Shown here in pieces: positions 63,454 through 64,000 of a DNA stretch of 64,000 nt; within the stretch, counting starts at the first letter, position 1, and every line of letters begins with the position of its first letter. A program made the position numbers and the translations under genes. The DNA comes from Marsupella aquatica (Eukaryota; Plantae; Marchantiophyta). Location: positions 3,260,638-3,324,637 of the forward strand of contig OZ316896.1 in the NCBI GenBank assembly GCA_973895155.1, written 5' to 3'. The notes below the pieces were generated by a model. The model was not told the origin of the DNA, searched no databases, and saw only the letters and a program-made list of their open reading frames with translations.

Positions 63454-64000
63454 GCTTAGTCCGAATTTCGCCAGCGACACCTTGTGCAGTTTCGTTCGCG
63501 GGATCTTTAAGCATGTTTTCTGTTATGATTTAGTGTAAAGCTGTTAGACAAAGCTCTTTAGTCTTCTTGTCCGATCTGTACCACCTGGAATACTTGGGAG
63601 AGAGGTTGAGGTAGTCAGTTCGTTCATCATTGATGCTCAGGTTTCCTTGTAGGTAGTATCATACAGTCGCAGTTCGTCATGTGTTCGGAGTGGCACAATT
63701 ATTTCTATTAGCAGTTGAGCATTTTTTTTCATCAATCATTCATCAAGGCTTTGATTTATCGCTCAAGAAGATTTTCAGGAGTGTTCGAGAGACCAACAGT
63801 ACTTCTCTCGAGCCTTCGATTCAATAAATAATCAGCATTGAGTTCTCGGAGTTTTACTCAGACCGATTAGAAATGTAATACTCAACATATGTGTATCTGG
63901 GGATGGTTGATCATTCTGCTATCTGACGAACGCTTGGGCTCTAGGCACGTTGCATGATTGACAGACGACAGGGTTGGTTAATTTGATGAAGAGTAGTTTA

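Overview
Eukaryotic nuclear DNA, most likely from a non-seed land plant (bryophyte-like; inferred from gene families and TE types, not proven). It is a repeat-rich, duplication-shaped region. Intact, mostly intronless genes: two STIG1-like cysteine-rich secreted proteins, one germin-like protein, one F-box/kelch protein and three AIG1/IAN(GIMAP)-type GTPases. Two of the GTPases carry an extra N-terminal domain that looks like a catalytically dead copy of the GTPase fold. One of these sits head-to-head with a short single-domain GTPase across a 1.3-kb spacer rich in CGCG and W-box motifs; this is the best candidate for an undescribed system. The ORF track misses a box C/D snoRNA cluster (three U36a-like copies) at 19.4-20.3 kb. 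Also present: pseudogenes (3 germin, 1 kelch, 1 GTPase relic), a full-length Copia with TSD and a half-tRNA-Met PBS, Gypsy, Harbinger, Sola-like and LINE remnants, three tRNA-derived SINEs, and several minisatellites. All calls were made by eye without database searches.
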